This document shows, one piece after another, positions 10,601-19,573 of a stretch of DNA of 64,000 nucleotides. The stretch comes from Bacteroidota bacterium (GTDB lineage: Bacteria > Bacteroidota > Bacteroidia > AKYH767-A > OLB10): the NCBI GenBank assembly GCA_029547265.1, contig JAKPPP010000178.1, forward strand, positions 8,168 to 72,167, in the 5' to 3' direction. Within the stretch, counting starts at the first letter, position 1. Each line of letters opens with the position of its first letter. The notes beneath the pieces are model-generated. The model was not told the origin of the DNA and did no database searches. It saw only the letters and a list, made by a program, of their open reading frames with translations. Made by a program: the position numbers and the translations under genes.

Positions 10601-12113
10601 CATCGTCAAAAACGCCATCGGAAACGATGGCGTTTTGTTTTATATGCCCTTGTAATTCATTGATAGTCTTGGTTATTAGGAGGAAAGCTTCGTTCACTAT
10701 ACTGGTTCGATACGAGTTTTGGTCGAAAACCAGTTTTTGCGGAAATATCGAACCAACAATCTTTTGTTTAATCTCTACAGAAGCATTATGATAAAAACGT
10801 CTCAGGTTGTCAACCAATGAGAAACCTTTCTTGATGTAAAGTGAGAAATCCGACTCTTGTTCAAGGATTTGAGCTTCACGATTTTTCAATTCAACTATTT
10901 CTTCATCAAGCTTTTTTTTCATTGCAGAATAGGTTTCCACATCAATATGATCAGCTATGAATTTTTCATTCAGGGATTTGAGTTTCGCAGTTAAACCAGA
11001 CATCTCCATCTTAATCTTTTTCAAATCGGTTTCTTTGCCAGAGTTCATCTGAGAGAACTTCTTTTCCAGTATGAAACGATACAATTTTTTTATCTCTGGT
11101 TGAATCTTGAAGCTACCGAAATATTCTTCAAGCAAGTCATGCGCAACATTTGCCCGCACCCGGAAATCACAGTGGTATTTTTTCTGGCAGTGATAATAGT
11201 GGTGAAGACTTCCATTCCTACTTTTGCTGGCAGACCCGGTGAGATGTCTGCCACACCTTGGACAAACCAAAAGTGATCGAAGTGGAAATTCAGTTCGCCT
11301 TAATTCACTTTGCCCTTTTGACTTCTTTCTATTATTCATCACCCACTGAACTCGGTTGAAAAGCTCTTCACTAACCAAAGGTTCGTGAAGACCCTTCAAA
11401 CTAAACCCTGGTTCGTTACGCCAGGGTTTAACATCGATTAAGCCACAGTAAAACCTATTTCGAAGCAAATTCAGGAACTTTTGCTTAGTGAAGTAGTACC
11501 CATAATCATCCCGAATTAATCTTCTTACTTCTTCGGCATAATACATTCCTGTTGCCATCAGCTCATACGCTCGAATAACGAAAACTGACGCAATGGGGTC
11601 GAATAAAATACCCTTAGTAGTCTTGTCGTTCAGGTAACCGACCGGTGCTCTTCCCATAAATCTACCTGCTCGCATTGCCTCTCGCATTCCTTTAGTTGTA
11701 TTAAGTGAAAGCCTTGCGTTATACACTTCTGCCATCGCCATATCGATGACTTTCATTATAAGATCTTCCGGATTTCCTGTATTGTAGTCTCTATCCGCAA
11801 ATCGTAATTCAACACCAAGCTTTTTTAATCGGGTAATCATTTCCAATGAATCCTGAAGATTTCTACTGAAGCGATCTATCCGAACACATAGTAAAATATC
11901 AGGGCGGATTCTCTTTGTTTCAACATCTTGAAGGAATTTTTTAAACTGAGGGCGATTGAAGTCTTTCGCAGAATAATCATCTTGGTAATGTCCAATAATT
12001 TCCATGCCCGATCTTTCTGCAAAGGAACGTAGACTACGCTCCTGTTCTTGAAGTGAAAAACCCTGTTTTCGTTGTTCGTCTGTCGACACTCTTGTGTACA
12101 AAATAGCCTTCAT
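10566..12113 (-). CDS. large serine recombinase (serine integrase)
   Basis: N-terminal resolvase motif ILYTRVSTDEQ and IDRFSRN. Recombinase domain. Zn-ribbon CPRCGRHLTG...HCQKKYHC. C-terminal coiled coil. The ORF runs antisense through the terminator and 35 nt of the tRNA. Confidence 0.9.
   Translation of the reverse strand: MKAILYTRVSTDEQRKQGFSLQEQERSLRSFAERSGMEIIGHYQDDYSAKDFNRPQFKKFLQDVETKRIRPDILLCVRIDRFSRNLQDSLEMITRLKKLGVELRFADRDYNTGNPEDLIMKVIDMAMAEVYNARLSLNTTKGMREAMRAGRFMGRAPVGYLNDKTTKGILFDPIASVFVIRAYELMATGMYYAEEVRRLIRDDYGYYFTKQKFLNLLRNRFYCGLIDVKPWRNEPGFSLKGLHEPLVSEELFNRVQWVMNNRKKSKGQSELRRTEFPLRSLLVCPRCGRHLTGSASKSRNGSLHHYYHCQKKYHCDFRVRANVAHDLLEEYFGSFKIQPEIKKLYRFILEKKFSQMNSGKETDLKKIKMEMSGLTAKLKSLNEKFIADHIDVETYSAMKKKLDEEIVELKNREAQILEQESDFSLYIKKGFSLVDNLRRFYHNASVEIKQKIVGSIFPQKLVFDQNSYRTSIVNEAFLLITKTINELQGHIKQNAIVSDGVFDDAPSPGLEPGTP
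10573..10601 (+). repeat. attL-like copy of the direct repeat (intact tRNA-Asn 3' end)
   Basis: 29 nt: gtccctggttcgagcccaggagagggagc. Confidence 0.6.
10608..10641 (+). terminator. rho-independent terminator just 3' of tRNA-Asn (island-borne copy)
   Basis: aacgccatcg-gaaa-cgatggcgtt followed by ttgtttt. Lies inside the C-terminal tail of the antisense recombinase ORF. Confidence 0.7.
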
Positions 12114-12511
12114 ATTTTTTTCTTCCTTTTATAGTATGTTCCTAATATTTCAGATTCAACCCTACTAAATTCAATTTCATTTGGGGTGTCATCAATGAAT
12201 TTAATTTTCACTCCAGCATTCAGTAGTTTGTGCAACAACTCCACCGCCTTCAATAATGAACTACTGAACCTGTCTGAAGATGTACAGACAATCATTTTTA
12301 TTTTATTTTCTCGAGATTCGATGTCTTTCAACATTTGACCGAATTGTACACGGTTGAAATCATTCCCATTTGCGACATCGTAATATACACCAGAAATTGT
12401 GAGATCATTCTCCTTTGCATAAGTTGTTAATCTTGCGATCTGGTTTTGAATGGATTTATTTGGATTTTTGTCTTGCTTAGTTGCCGTTCTGGCATAAAGT
12501 GCTACTTTCAT
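12110..12511 (-). CDS. small resolvase-fold protein lacking the catalytic serine (pseudo-recombinase)
   Basis: MKVALYARTATKQ aligns with MKAILYTRVSTDEQ, so Ser is replaced by Ala. DRFSSS aligns with DRFSRN, so an active-site Arg is lost. Its stop overlaps the integrase start (ATGA at 12110-12113). Start set at the internal Met at 12511. Confidence 0.7.
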   Translation of the reverse strand: MKVALYARTATKQDKNPNKSIQNQIARLTTYAKENDLTISGVYYDVANGNDFNRVQFGQMLKDIESRENKIKMIVCTSSDRFSSSLLKAVELLHKLLNAGVKIKFIDDTPNEIEFSRVESEILGTYYKRKKKI

Positions 12512-12689
12512 TATTATTATTTTTAGAATTTGTGAAACTTTCGATTTGGTATTGTAAGTATTCAAGCTCAGCCATGCGTATAAGCACCTCACGAATTGCT
12601 TTAACTTCCTTATCACTGAACTTTCTTTTCCCTTTCGTTTGATTAAGTATAGCGGTGCATTTATCGAGCGGAATCATGAGGAGTATCAT
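12477..12689 (-). CDS. small hypothetical protein (about 66-70 aa)
   Basis: The only plausible ORF covering 12512-12660. Overlaps both neighbours in the way compact operons do. No recognisable motif. Confidence 0.35.
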   Translation of the reverse strand: MILLMIPLDKCTAILNQTKGKRKFSDKEVKAIREVLIRMAELEYLQYQIESFTNSKNNNNESSTLCQNGN

Positions 12690-12978
12690 GTTGAGCTAAT
12701 TGCCTTTTCAGGGGTTGATCAGCAGGGTCTCCTTGTTGTACAGTAAATTCAAATATTTCGGTAGTGATAATTTGCATGCCGGACTTCTTACCGTGTTTGT
12801 AGGTATTAATGGTTTTAAGATATAACTCTTCCCTTACAAGTTTGTTCTCCGTAATACACCCTCCCACATTTCTCGTATAGGTAACTTTCACTTTTCTTCG
12901 ATTTGGTTCGGGCTCGATTTGGATTTTTGTGTCACCCCTCTCAAGAACCTGTTTTAATTTTTGATACAGCTTTTGCAT
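12661..12978 (-). CDS. hypothetical protein
   Basis: 105-aa ORF in the same minus-strand operon. No recognisable motif. Confidence 0.5.
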   Translation of the reverse strand: MQKLYQKLKQVLERGDTKIQIEPEPNRRKVKVTYTRNVGGCITENKLVREELYLKTINTYKHGKKSGMQIITTEIFEFTVQQGDPADQPLKRQLAQHDTPHDSAR

Positions 12979-12985
12979 GGTATGT

Positions 12986-13408
12986 TTATTCTATAATGTC
13001 GCTGTTATAAAAAATTGAATCATCTTCATCTGTTTGGTCTGGTGCGTGCTTCAACAATTCATCTTCTTCTTGAATCATTTCAATAATTGTTCGCCTGTAC
13101 TGGTCGAGATCTTCATCAGTAATAGGGTCATCGGTTTCGAGGTATTCCCGAAGAAAGTACTCCGAGACAATGTGTAAATCAAATTCACGTACTAATGTTA
13201 TCAAAAATGGCATAACGTCATTACCGCCATACCGTGTAAATCCGTGAATCGGCTCATCATCGGAGTGAACGAACGTGTGAACGTAGTTTCCGTCTAACAC
13301 TAAAATGATGCCTCCATCTTCAGCGACCTCCTTTTTAATTGATGTTTTTTCTGCAATTTCCTTGTACGTAAGGCTTCGGCCTTTCATAAATGTCCAACTT
13401 GTACTCAT
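12986..13408 (-). CDS. hypothetical acidic protein
   Basis: 140-aa ORF with an acidic C-terminus. No recognisable motif. Confidence 0.55.
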   Translation of the reverse strand: MSTSWTFMKGRSLTYKEIAEKTSIKKEVAEDGGIILVLDGNYVHTFVHSDDEPIHGFTRYGGNDVMPFLITLVREFDLHIVSEYFLREYLETDDPITDEDLDQYRRTIIEMIQEEDELLKHAPDQTDEDDSIFYNSDIIE

Positions 13409-13447
13409 TCAATTGTAGTTTTTAGTAATTAGTGTTTAAATTTCAAC

Positions 13448-13960
13448 TTATAGTGGTTGTTCCTCATCGCTGTCGCCTTCGCTTTTTGATGATCCCAATG
13501 AATTCATTAATGATTCGAATTCGTCATCAAGTGTTAATGGAGGTTCTTTTTCTCGTAAGAAATTAATGGCAGAAAGAATGTCAGCAGCTTTGTATTTTCG
13601 ATTTCTGAAATAGCCTGAATTGTGGTAATTTCTTAAGAGGTCAATTGAGAATAGTGAACCCCGTCTATACAGGAAATGATCATACAAACCTACTTCGCTA
13701 ATAGCGTACTCTACTATTTCGGTAAATTGCTCTTTCGTAATTTTGTGATCCCGCTCTAACAAAGCATAGAAAGCTGGGTCTAAACGCAATTGAAAATGCT
13801 TGGAACGGCTCATGTATTCGCATATAGCAAGTAATACTGCTGTCCCAAGATGATCAAAGCGTTTGAATACGAAATTCCAACTCGGAGGTCGGTTATTTAA
13901 TAAGATGAAGTAGAACGGTACATTGTCCGGTGTTCTTCCCCCTTTGTTTGTTTTATTCAT
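13448..13960 (-). CDS. hypothetical protein, possibly DUF4373 (Lin1244-N)-like
   Basis: 170 aa. N-terminal VPFYFILL...LGTAVLLAICEYM...LRLDPAFYALL resembles the phage/island replication-associated DUF4373 pattern. This rests on weak recollection only. Confidence 0.4.
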   Translation of the reverse strand: MNKTNKGGRTPDNVPFYFILLNNRPPSWNFVFKRFDHLGTAVLLAICEYMSRSKHFQLRLDPAFYALLERDHKITKEQFTEIVEYAISEVGLYDHFLYRRGSLFSIDLLRNYHNSGYFRNRKYKAADILSAINFLREKEPPLTLDDEFESLMNSLGSSKSEGDSDEEQPL

Positions 13961-14090
13961 TTTGTTTTTTAGGCAAAGGAAGGAGGTAAGAAAAGGAGAA
14001 ATGCAAAAATCACGACACCACTTCTCCTTAAGGAAATCTTTTAAATGAGGAGTCTAACTTTAAGTCAGAATCTTAAGTCGAAAAGCATTA

Positions 14091-14966
14091 CTAATTCGCT
14101 TTATTTCGTTGCCTCTTTTTAGCATATGTAAACTGTTTAGCAATCCTATCTGCTATTCCACTTTTATAGACCTTTGCAACATTGCCATCCATATTTCGAT
14201 TTGCATGTTTATACTTAAGAAAATTAACCTTTGCGAGAAGTTCGTTGATAATAACATTCTTATCCCCTCGTTCTAAATCTGGGTCATCTAATATGATATC
14301 AAGATTTTCCAATGCAAACCTCCGGATGATAGACCCATTCTTTTTAGAATTGACATTATACCCTGTAAAATTCTTCAATTTAAAATCTAAACATGCCAAT
14401 TTGAAAAAACCATTAACATCCTCATTGTACCTCTCCTCATAACAACTAAGAATTTGAGATTGTAATTCCTCTTGATTAGGAATTGGTGTTAAAACTCCTT
14501 TGTTCTTGTAACAAATTACAATACCTGTCTTTTCTCCAAACCGCAATTGCATTAAGCTCTTTACAAATAAAGAGTGAATTGCTTGTGCATTTTCTGATAT
14601 CTCTGGATTAACGCTTTGAGTGAAGAATTTTTCGCAGTGCTTCAACATCAGTAGGAATAGACATATTGTTCCGCTATCAGACGAAATTGATAGATGGCTA
14701 ACATTATTTTCAACGAAATTGAAGAGTTCCGCTTCAACCCATAAATGGTTGTAGTACTCATCTTCATCAGCCGTTATACCGCTATAACTGTTAGGCTCAA
14801 ATTCTTGAACTAAATTTGGGATGTAATCTTTAAAATCCTCGAATAGAATATTTATAAGCTCTGAATTATAATTAACCTTAACTGCAACTTCCTTGTAGTT
14901 GCTGAAATTCACTCTCTCATCAAGCTCAAAATACTTGACTACTTCATAGGTGTTTTTTGTTTTCAT
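14091..14966 (-). CDS. hypothetical protein (first gene of the minus-strand integration-module operon)
   Basis: 291-aa ORF with a basic C-terminal tail (KKRQRNKAN). No recognisable motif. Confidence 0.6.
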   Translation of the reverse strand: MKTKNTYEVVKYFELDERVNFSNYKEVAVKVNYNSELINILFEDFKDYIPNLVQEFEPNSYSGITADEDEYYNHLWVEAELFNFVENNVSHLSISSDSGTICLFLLMLKHCEKFFTQSVNPEISENAQAIHSLFVKSLMQLRFGEKTGIVICYKNKGVLTPIPNQEELQSQILSCYEERYNEDVNGFFKLACLDFKLKNFTGYNVNSKKNGSIIRRFALENLDIILDDPDLERGDKNVIINELLAKVNFLKYKHANRNMDGNVAKVYKSGIADRIAKQFTYAKKRQRNKAN

Positions 14967-15444
14967 AGTTTAGAATCGTTTAAGTTATACTTGATAAAAC
15001 GGATCTTTTTTCAGGAAGTTACAAGTGTAAAATGCACATCAAAGCCGGTGAATTCTATTGTGTAATTTCACTATCATTTGATATACAAAAAAGTTCATTC
15101 AAAATGGAATTAAAATTGTTTTTCCAAACTCAGTGAACTTTGGAGTATATTGTGTAAGTTAGAAATTATCATGTTTTCGATCCAGGGAAAATCTGGCGTT
15201 ACGGTGATAATTTTCCGCTAAAATATTTGGCGAAATATTTTTTCAAAAGGGGCTTCTGAAATTTTGAAAAAAATTTGGGAGAAAAAATTTGTGCGAGTCT
15301 GTTAAGACAGTTTCTATGTAGATCTTTAGGTGTTAAATTTGATACGGTAAATAAGCCGTTAATTTGAGGGTTTAAATAAGAGCTTTCATTTTTTACAGCA
15401 AGTAAGCTGGTAAGCAACTGACAAACAGTTAGATGCAATGCGGG

Positions 15445-15462
15445 TTTTTTGAATTCAAAAAA
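15445..15462. promoter_or_regulatory. perfect 18-bp palindrome TTTTTTGAATTCAAAAAA upstream of the XRE-hsdM operon (candidate operator)
   Basis: Read directly from the sequence, 32 nt upstream of the XRE start codon at 15494. Confidence 0.4.
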
Positions 15463-15493
15463 AGACGTATTTTGTCCTGTCAAAATTATTCAG

Positions 15494-15799
15494 ATGAAAA
15501 GAGTTGGAGAAACATTGCGAGAGCTGCGAAATAGGAGACATCTTCTTATTCGTGAAGTAGCTGCCTCTGTTAATATGGATCAAACGCTATTGTCGAAGAT
15601 TGAAAGGGATGAGAGACTTCCGACTGTAGAGCAAGTGAAATCACTATCAAAGTTTTATAAGACAGACGGAAATGATATTCTACTCGCTTATCTAAGTGAT
15701 AAGGTGTTGATGGAGCTTAAAGACCAACCTCTCGCATTACAGGCAATTCAAATTGCCGAAGAAAAAATTCAGAAATCACAAGTAAATAAAAAGAAATAA
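15494..15799 (+). CDS. XRE-family HTH regulator translationally coupled to hsdM (controller-like)
   Basis: LRELRNRRHLLIREVAASVNMDQTLLSKIERDERLPTVEQV. Its stop overlaps the hsdM start as TAATG (15797-15801). Confidence 0.8.
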   Translation: MKRVGETLRELRNRRHLLIREVAASVNMDQTLLSKIERDERLPTVEQVKSLSKFYKTDGNDILLAYLSDKVLMELKDQPLALQAIQIAEEKIQKSQVNKKK

Positions 15800-18264
15800 T
15801 GGCGGTTAAGAAAAGTGAACTTTATACATCACTCTGGAAGGGTTGCGATGAACTACGTGGCGGAATGGATGCCTCTCAGTACAAAGACTACGTATTGACT
15901 TTGCTCTTCGTAAAGTATGTTAGCGACAAGTATGCCGGACGCAAAGATGCTGTGATTGAAATCCCTGAAGGTGGTTCGTTTTCTGATATGGTTCAACTCA
16001 AAGGGAAGAAAGACATAGGTGATGGATTAAATAAAATCATTGGTAAGCTGGCTACAGCAAATGATTTACGTGGGGTAATAGATGTGGCAGACTTTAACGA
16101 CAGTGATAAGCTTGGCAAGGATAAAGCCATGCAAGACCGCTTGTCAAACCTCATTTCCATTTTCGAGAATTCTTCTTTAGACTTTTCAAAAAATAGAGCT
16201 GACGGTGATGACCTTTTAGGTGATGCTTACGAATATTTGATGCGTCACTTTGCAACAGAATCAGGTAAATCAAAAGGACAGTTCTATACACCTGCCGAGG
16301 TTAGTCGCATTCTGGCTAACGTTATTGGAATTAAGCACGCTAAAAGCCAGGATCAAACGATTTATGATCCGACATGCGGAAGTGGCTCTCTCTTATTGAA
16401 AGCTGCTGATGAAACGGAAAAGGGTTTAACCATATACGGGCAAGAGAACGATAATGCTACAGCAGCCTTGGCGAAAATGAATATGATTCTGCACAATAAT
16501 CCAACTGGGGAAATCAAGCAAGATAATACTCTTGCTAACCCTCTTTTCCTTAACCCGGACAAAACGCTGAAGACTTTTGATTATGTAGTGGCTAATCCTC
16601 CCTTCAGTTATGCATCTTGGAGTAATGGATTGGATGCTGAAAATGACTTGTACGAGCGATTTAAAGGGTTTGGAATCCCTCCAACCAAAAATGGGGACTA
16701 TGCTTTCCTCTTGCACATCGTTCGTTCGTTAAAGAGCTCCGGAAAGGGTGCTGTGATTTTACCTCATGGTGTTTTATTCCGTGGTGGTGCCGAAGGCACT
16801 ATCCGGACTAACCTTATTCGTAGAGGTTATATCAAGGGAATTATAGGTTTGCCTGCAAACTTATTCTACGGTACGGGTATCCCTGCTGCGATTATCATCA
16901 TTGACAAGGAAAATGCGTTGGCTCGTAAGGGCATTTTCATGATTGATGCATCGAAAGGATTTGTGAAGGATGGCAACAAAAATCGTTTACGTGATCAAGA
17001 CATTCATAAAATTGTCGATGCCTTCAACAACCAAACTGAAATAGAAAAGTTCAGTCGATTAGTTCCTGTGGCTGAAATTGAAGCCAATGAATTTAACCTG
17101 AATATTCCTCGTTATATTGACTCGCAGGAGCAAGAGGACATACAAGACATCGAAGCTCATTTGTTAGGTGGAATACCATTGGCAGACATTGATGCGCTTC
17201 AACCGTATTGGGAAGTATATCCAGCATTGCGAAATACGCTTTTCAAAAAGAATGTTCGTCCCAAGTATGTTGATTTAAACGTACCAAAAGAAGAAATCAA
17301 AGCTACGATTTACAATCATCCGGAATTCAAGGCGTATAAAGCGGAAGTTGAAGATGTGTTTAATGGTTGGAAGAAAAGTGTTGTTCCTGTTCTTGAGGTT
17401 ATTCAAATAGGGGATAAACCAAAGCACTTGATTAAAGAGATTTCCGAAGATCTGTTAAACCGATTTTCGAATTTGAAGCTGATTGACAAATACGATGTTT
17501 ATCAAAACTTAATGCAATACTGGTCTGACACAATGCAAGACGATGTTTACACACTTGTTGTAGATGGTTGGTTAGCCGGAAGAGTTGTAGAAAAGCAGGA
17601 TAAAAAAAGGGAATGGGAAGGACTACTCATTCCTAAGGCATTGGTAATACAGAAATACTTTCAATCCGAGCAACAGACAATTGATGATTTGCAATTAAAA
17701 AGAGATGAACTCTCACAACAATTGAGTGATTTAGAAGAGGAACATGGTGGTGAAGAGGGATTGTTCTCTGAAGTGAAGAACGATAAAGACAAGGTGAATA
17801 AAGCAATGGTTCAAAAACGTATCAAGCATCTTGAAAAATCAGTGAACAAAAAGCAACTAAGTTTAGCTGCTGAACAAGTATACGATTACGCATCTAAAGA
17901 AGAATATTCTGATGCAGATGAGTTCATGATGTTGAGTAGGTGGATAAACTTAACCGACAAAATATCTGAGCAAGACAAATTAATCAAAGAAGCTGAGGCT
18001 AAACTGGACGAGGCATTATTGAAGAAATTCGGTTTGCTTTCTGAAAAGGAAATTAAGGATTTAATTGTTGGTGATAAGTGGCTTCATACATTAAATGATG
18101 CGGTTCATTCAGAGATGAATAGAATTAGCCAAAAATTAACCCAAAGGATAATTATACTCATTGAACGTTATCAAGAAACACTGTTAACTCAAATACAGAA
18201 GATTCAAGTACTTGAGAAGAAAGTTGAAAATAATCTTACCAAAATGGGCTTTACATGGCAGTAG
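15799..18264 (+). CDS. hsdM: Type I restriction-modification system methyltransferase subunit, with a C-terminal extension of about 380 aa
   Basis: HsdM_N-like N-terminus. SAM motif DPTCGSGSLL. Catalytic motif VVANPPFS. NIPRYID marks the end of the MTase core at about aa 441. A coiled-coil-rich extension follows to aa 821. Confidence 0.9.
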   Translation: MAVKKSELYTSLWKGCDELRGGMDASQYKDYVLTLLFVKYVSDKYAGRKDAVIEIPEGGSFSDMVQLKGKKDIGDGLNKIIGKLATANDLRGVIDVADFNDSDKLGKDKAMQDRLSNLISIFENSSLDFSKNRADGDDLLGDAYEYLMRHFATESGKSKGQFYTPAEVSRILANVIGIKHAKSQDQTIYDPTCGSGSLLLKAADETEKGLTIYGQENDNATAALAKMNMILHNNPTGEIKQDNTLANPLFLNPDKTLKTFDYVVANPPFSYASWSNGLDAENDLYERFKGFGIPPTKNGDYAFLLHIVRSLKSSGKGAVILPHGVLFRGGAEGTIRTNLIRRGYIKGIIGLPANLFYGTGIPAAIIIIDKENALARKGIFMIDASKGFVKDGNKNRLRDQDIHKIVDAFNNQTEIEKFSRLVPVAEIEANEFNLNIPRYIDSQEQEDIQDIEAHLLGGIPLADIDALQPYWEVYPALRNTLFKKNVRPKYVDLNVPKEEIKATIYNHPEFKAYKAEVEDVFNGWKKSVVPVLEVIQIGDKPKHLIKEISEDLLNRFSNLKLIDKYDVYQNLMQYWSDTMQDDVYTLVVDGWLAGRVVEKQDKKREWEGLLIPKALVIQKYFQSEQQTIDDLQLKRDELSQQLSDLEEEHGGEEGLFSEVKNDKDKVNKAMVQKRIKHLEKSVNKKQLSLAAEQVYDYASKEEYSDADEFMMLSRWINLTDKISEQDKLIKEAEAKLDEALLKKFGLLSEKEIKDLIVGDKWLHTLNDAVHSEMNRISQKLTQRIIILIERYQETLLTQIQKIQVLEKKVENNLTKMGFTWQ

Positions 18265-19529
18265 TAGAGAAAAGTTATAAGCAAACCGAAGTTGGATTAA
18301 TCCCAACAGATTGGGTGGTGTTTAGCTTTGGTGAAATTGTCGATTACACCAAGGGTTATGCATTTAAATCAAACGATTATAAAGATAATGGAATCCGGAT
18401 AATTCGAGTAAGTGATACTACGTATGATTCAGTTAAGAAAGAGAACGGTATATATTTGGAAGAGAAATTTGCTAAACAATTTAACAATTGGAAACTTGAC
18501 GAAGGCGACCTAATATTTTCAACCGTTGGTTCTAAACCGCCAATGTATGATTCAATGGTTGGAAAAGTAATAATGGTCTCCAAGGAGTTTGAAGGATGTT
18601 TATTAAATCAGAATGCTGTTCTAATAAGATCCAAAAAGCGCAAAAAGGAAATTCAGGCACTTTTGTTAAGCCATTTCCGGACGAAAAGGTATTTGCAATA
18701 CATAGAACTTATTTTTAGAGGTAACGCTAATCAAGCGAGTATCACATTAAAAGACTTATTTGAATTTAAAATCCCACTTCCTAAGAGTGACTCCGAACAA
18801 ACAGCCATTGCCACCGCCCTAAGCAATATAGATTCGCTGATCAGTAATTTGGAGAAGTTGATTGAGAAGAAGAGGATGATTAAGCAGGGAGTTATGCAGG
18901 AGTTGTTGAAGCCGACAGTGGATTGGGTCACTTATGATTTATATGAGTCATGTGAACTTATTACGAAAGGCACAACCCCAACTTCAATTGGTCAAGAGTT
19001 TAAAAATGGGGGAATAAATTTCATAAAAATAGAATCACTTACTTCGAAAGGTGAAATTGTCCCCGATAAAGTTGCATATATTGATAATCTTACTCATAAG
19101 ATATTAAACCGATCCCAACTCAAAGTCGGGGATCTTCTTTTTTCAATTGCAGGTGCTTTAGGTAGGGTTGCTTTGGTGAATGAAAGCATATTACCAGCAA
19201 ATACTAATCAAGCTCTTGCTATTATACGACTTAAGGATGATTCAAAAATAAATGGTGATTTCTTGTTCTACTATTTAAACAGCCGTAAAATCCAAAACCA
19301 TATTTTGGGAATTAGTGTACAAGGTGCGCAAGCGAACTTGTCTTTACAAAACATTTCTGACTTTAAAATTAACTGCCCAAAGATAAAAGAAGAACAATTT
19401 AATATAGCTAAAACTTTGCGATCTCTGGATGATGAACTTACATTATTGGAAAATCAACAATCTAAGTACAACCAAATTAAGCAAGGAATGATGCAATCAT
19501 TATTAACAGGTAAAATTAGGTTGATTTGA
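18255..19529 (+). CDS. hsdS: Type I restriction-modification specificity subunit
   Basis: Two target-recognition halves, each followed by a conserved helix (...EQTAIATALSNIDSLISNLEKLIEKKRMIKQGVMQELL and ...EQFNIAKTLRSLDDELTLLENQQSKYNQIKQGMMQSLLTGKIRL). Overlaps hsdM by 10 nt. Confidence 0.9.
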   Translation: MAVVEKSYKQTEVGLIPTDWVVFSFGEIVDYTKGYAFKSNDYKDNGIRIIRVSDTTYDSVKKENGIYLEEKFAKQFNNWKLDEGDLIFSTVGSKPPMYDSMVGKVIMVSKEFEGCLLNQNAVLIRSKKRKKEIQALLLSHFRTKRYLQYIELIFRGNANQASITLKDLFEFKIPLPKSDSEQTAIATALSNIDSLISNLEKLIEKKRMIKQGVMQELLKPTVDWVTYDLYESCELITKGTTPTSIGQEFKNGGINFIKIESLTSKGEIVPDKVAYIDNLTHKILNRSQLKVGDLLFSIAGALGRVALVNESILPANTNQALAIIRLKDDSKINGDFLFYYLNSRKIQNHILGISVQGAQANLSLQNISDFKINCPKIKEEQFNIAKTLRSLDDELTLLENQQSKYNQIKQGMMQSLLTGKIRLI

Positions 19530-19573
19530 ACCCCTTTTAGTGAGTAATTTATCATACATTAATTAAACAAAGA

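Noticed and set aside
10555-10791. Plus-strand 78-aa ORF starting inside tRNA-Asn.
   Set aside because: It overlaps the tRNA and its terminator and lies antisense to the serine recombinase. It has no protein-like features.
15199-15483. Minus-strand 94-aa ORF in the divergent intergenic region upstream of the XRE-hsdM operon.
   Set aside because: It sits in an A/T-repeat-rich promoter region and has a low-complexity translation (K/F/L-rich). It also overlaps the palindrome and the start region of the XRE gene.
16362-16716. Antisense ORFs within hsdM, and likewise within hsdS (18377-18583, 18731-18931) and hsdR (21299-21942, 22330-22579, 22758-23000, 23816-24100).
   Set aside because: These are shadow ORFs opposite genes with unambiguous Type I R-M motifs.
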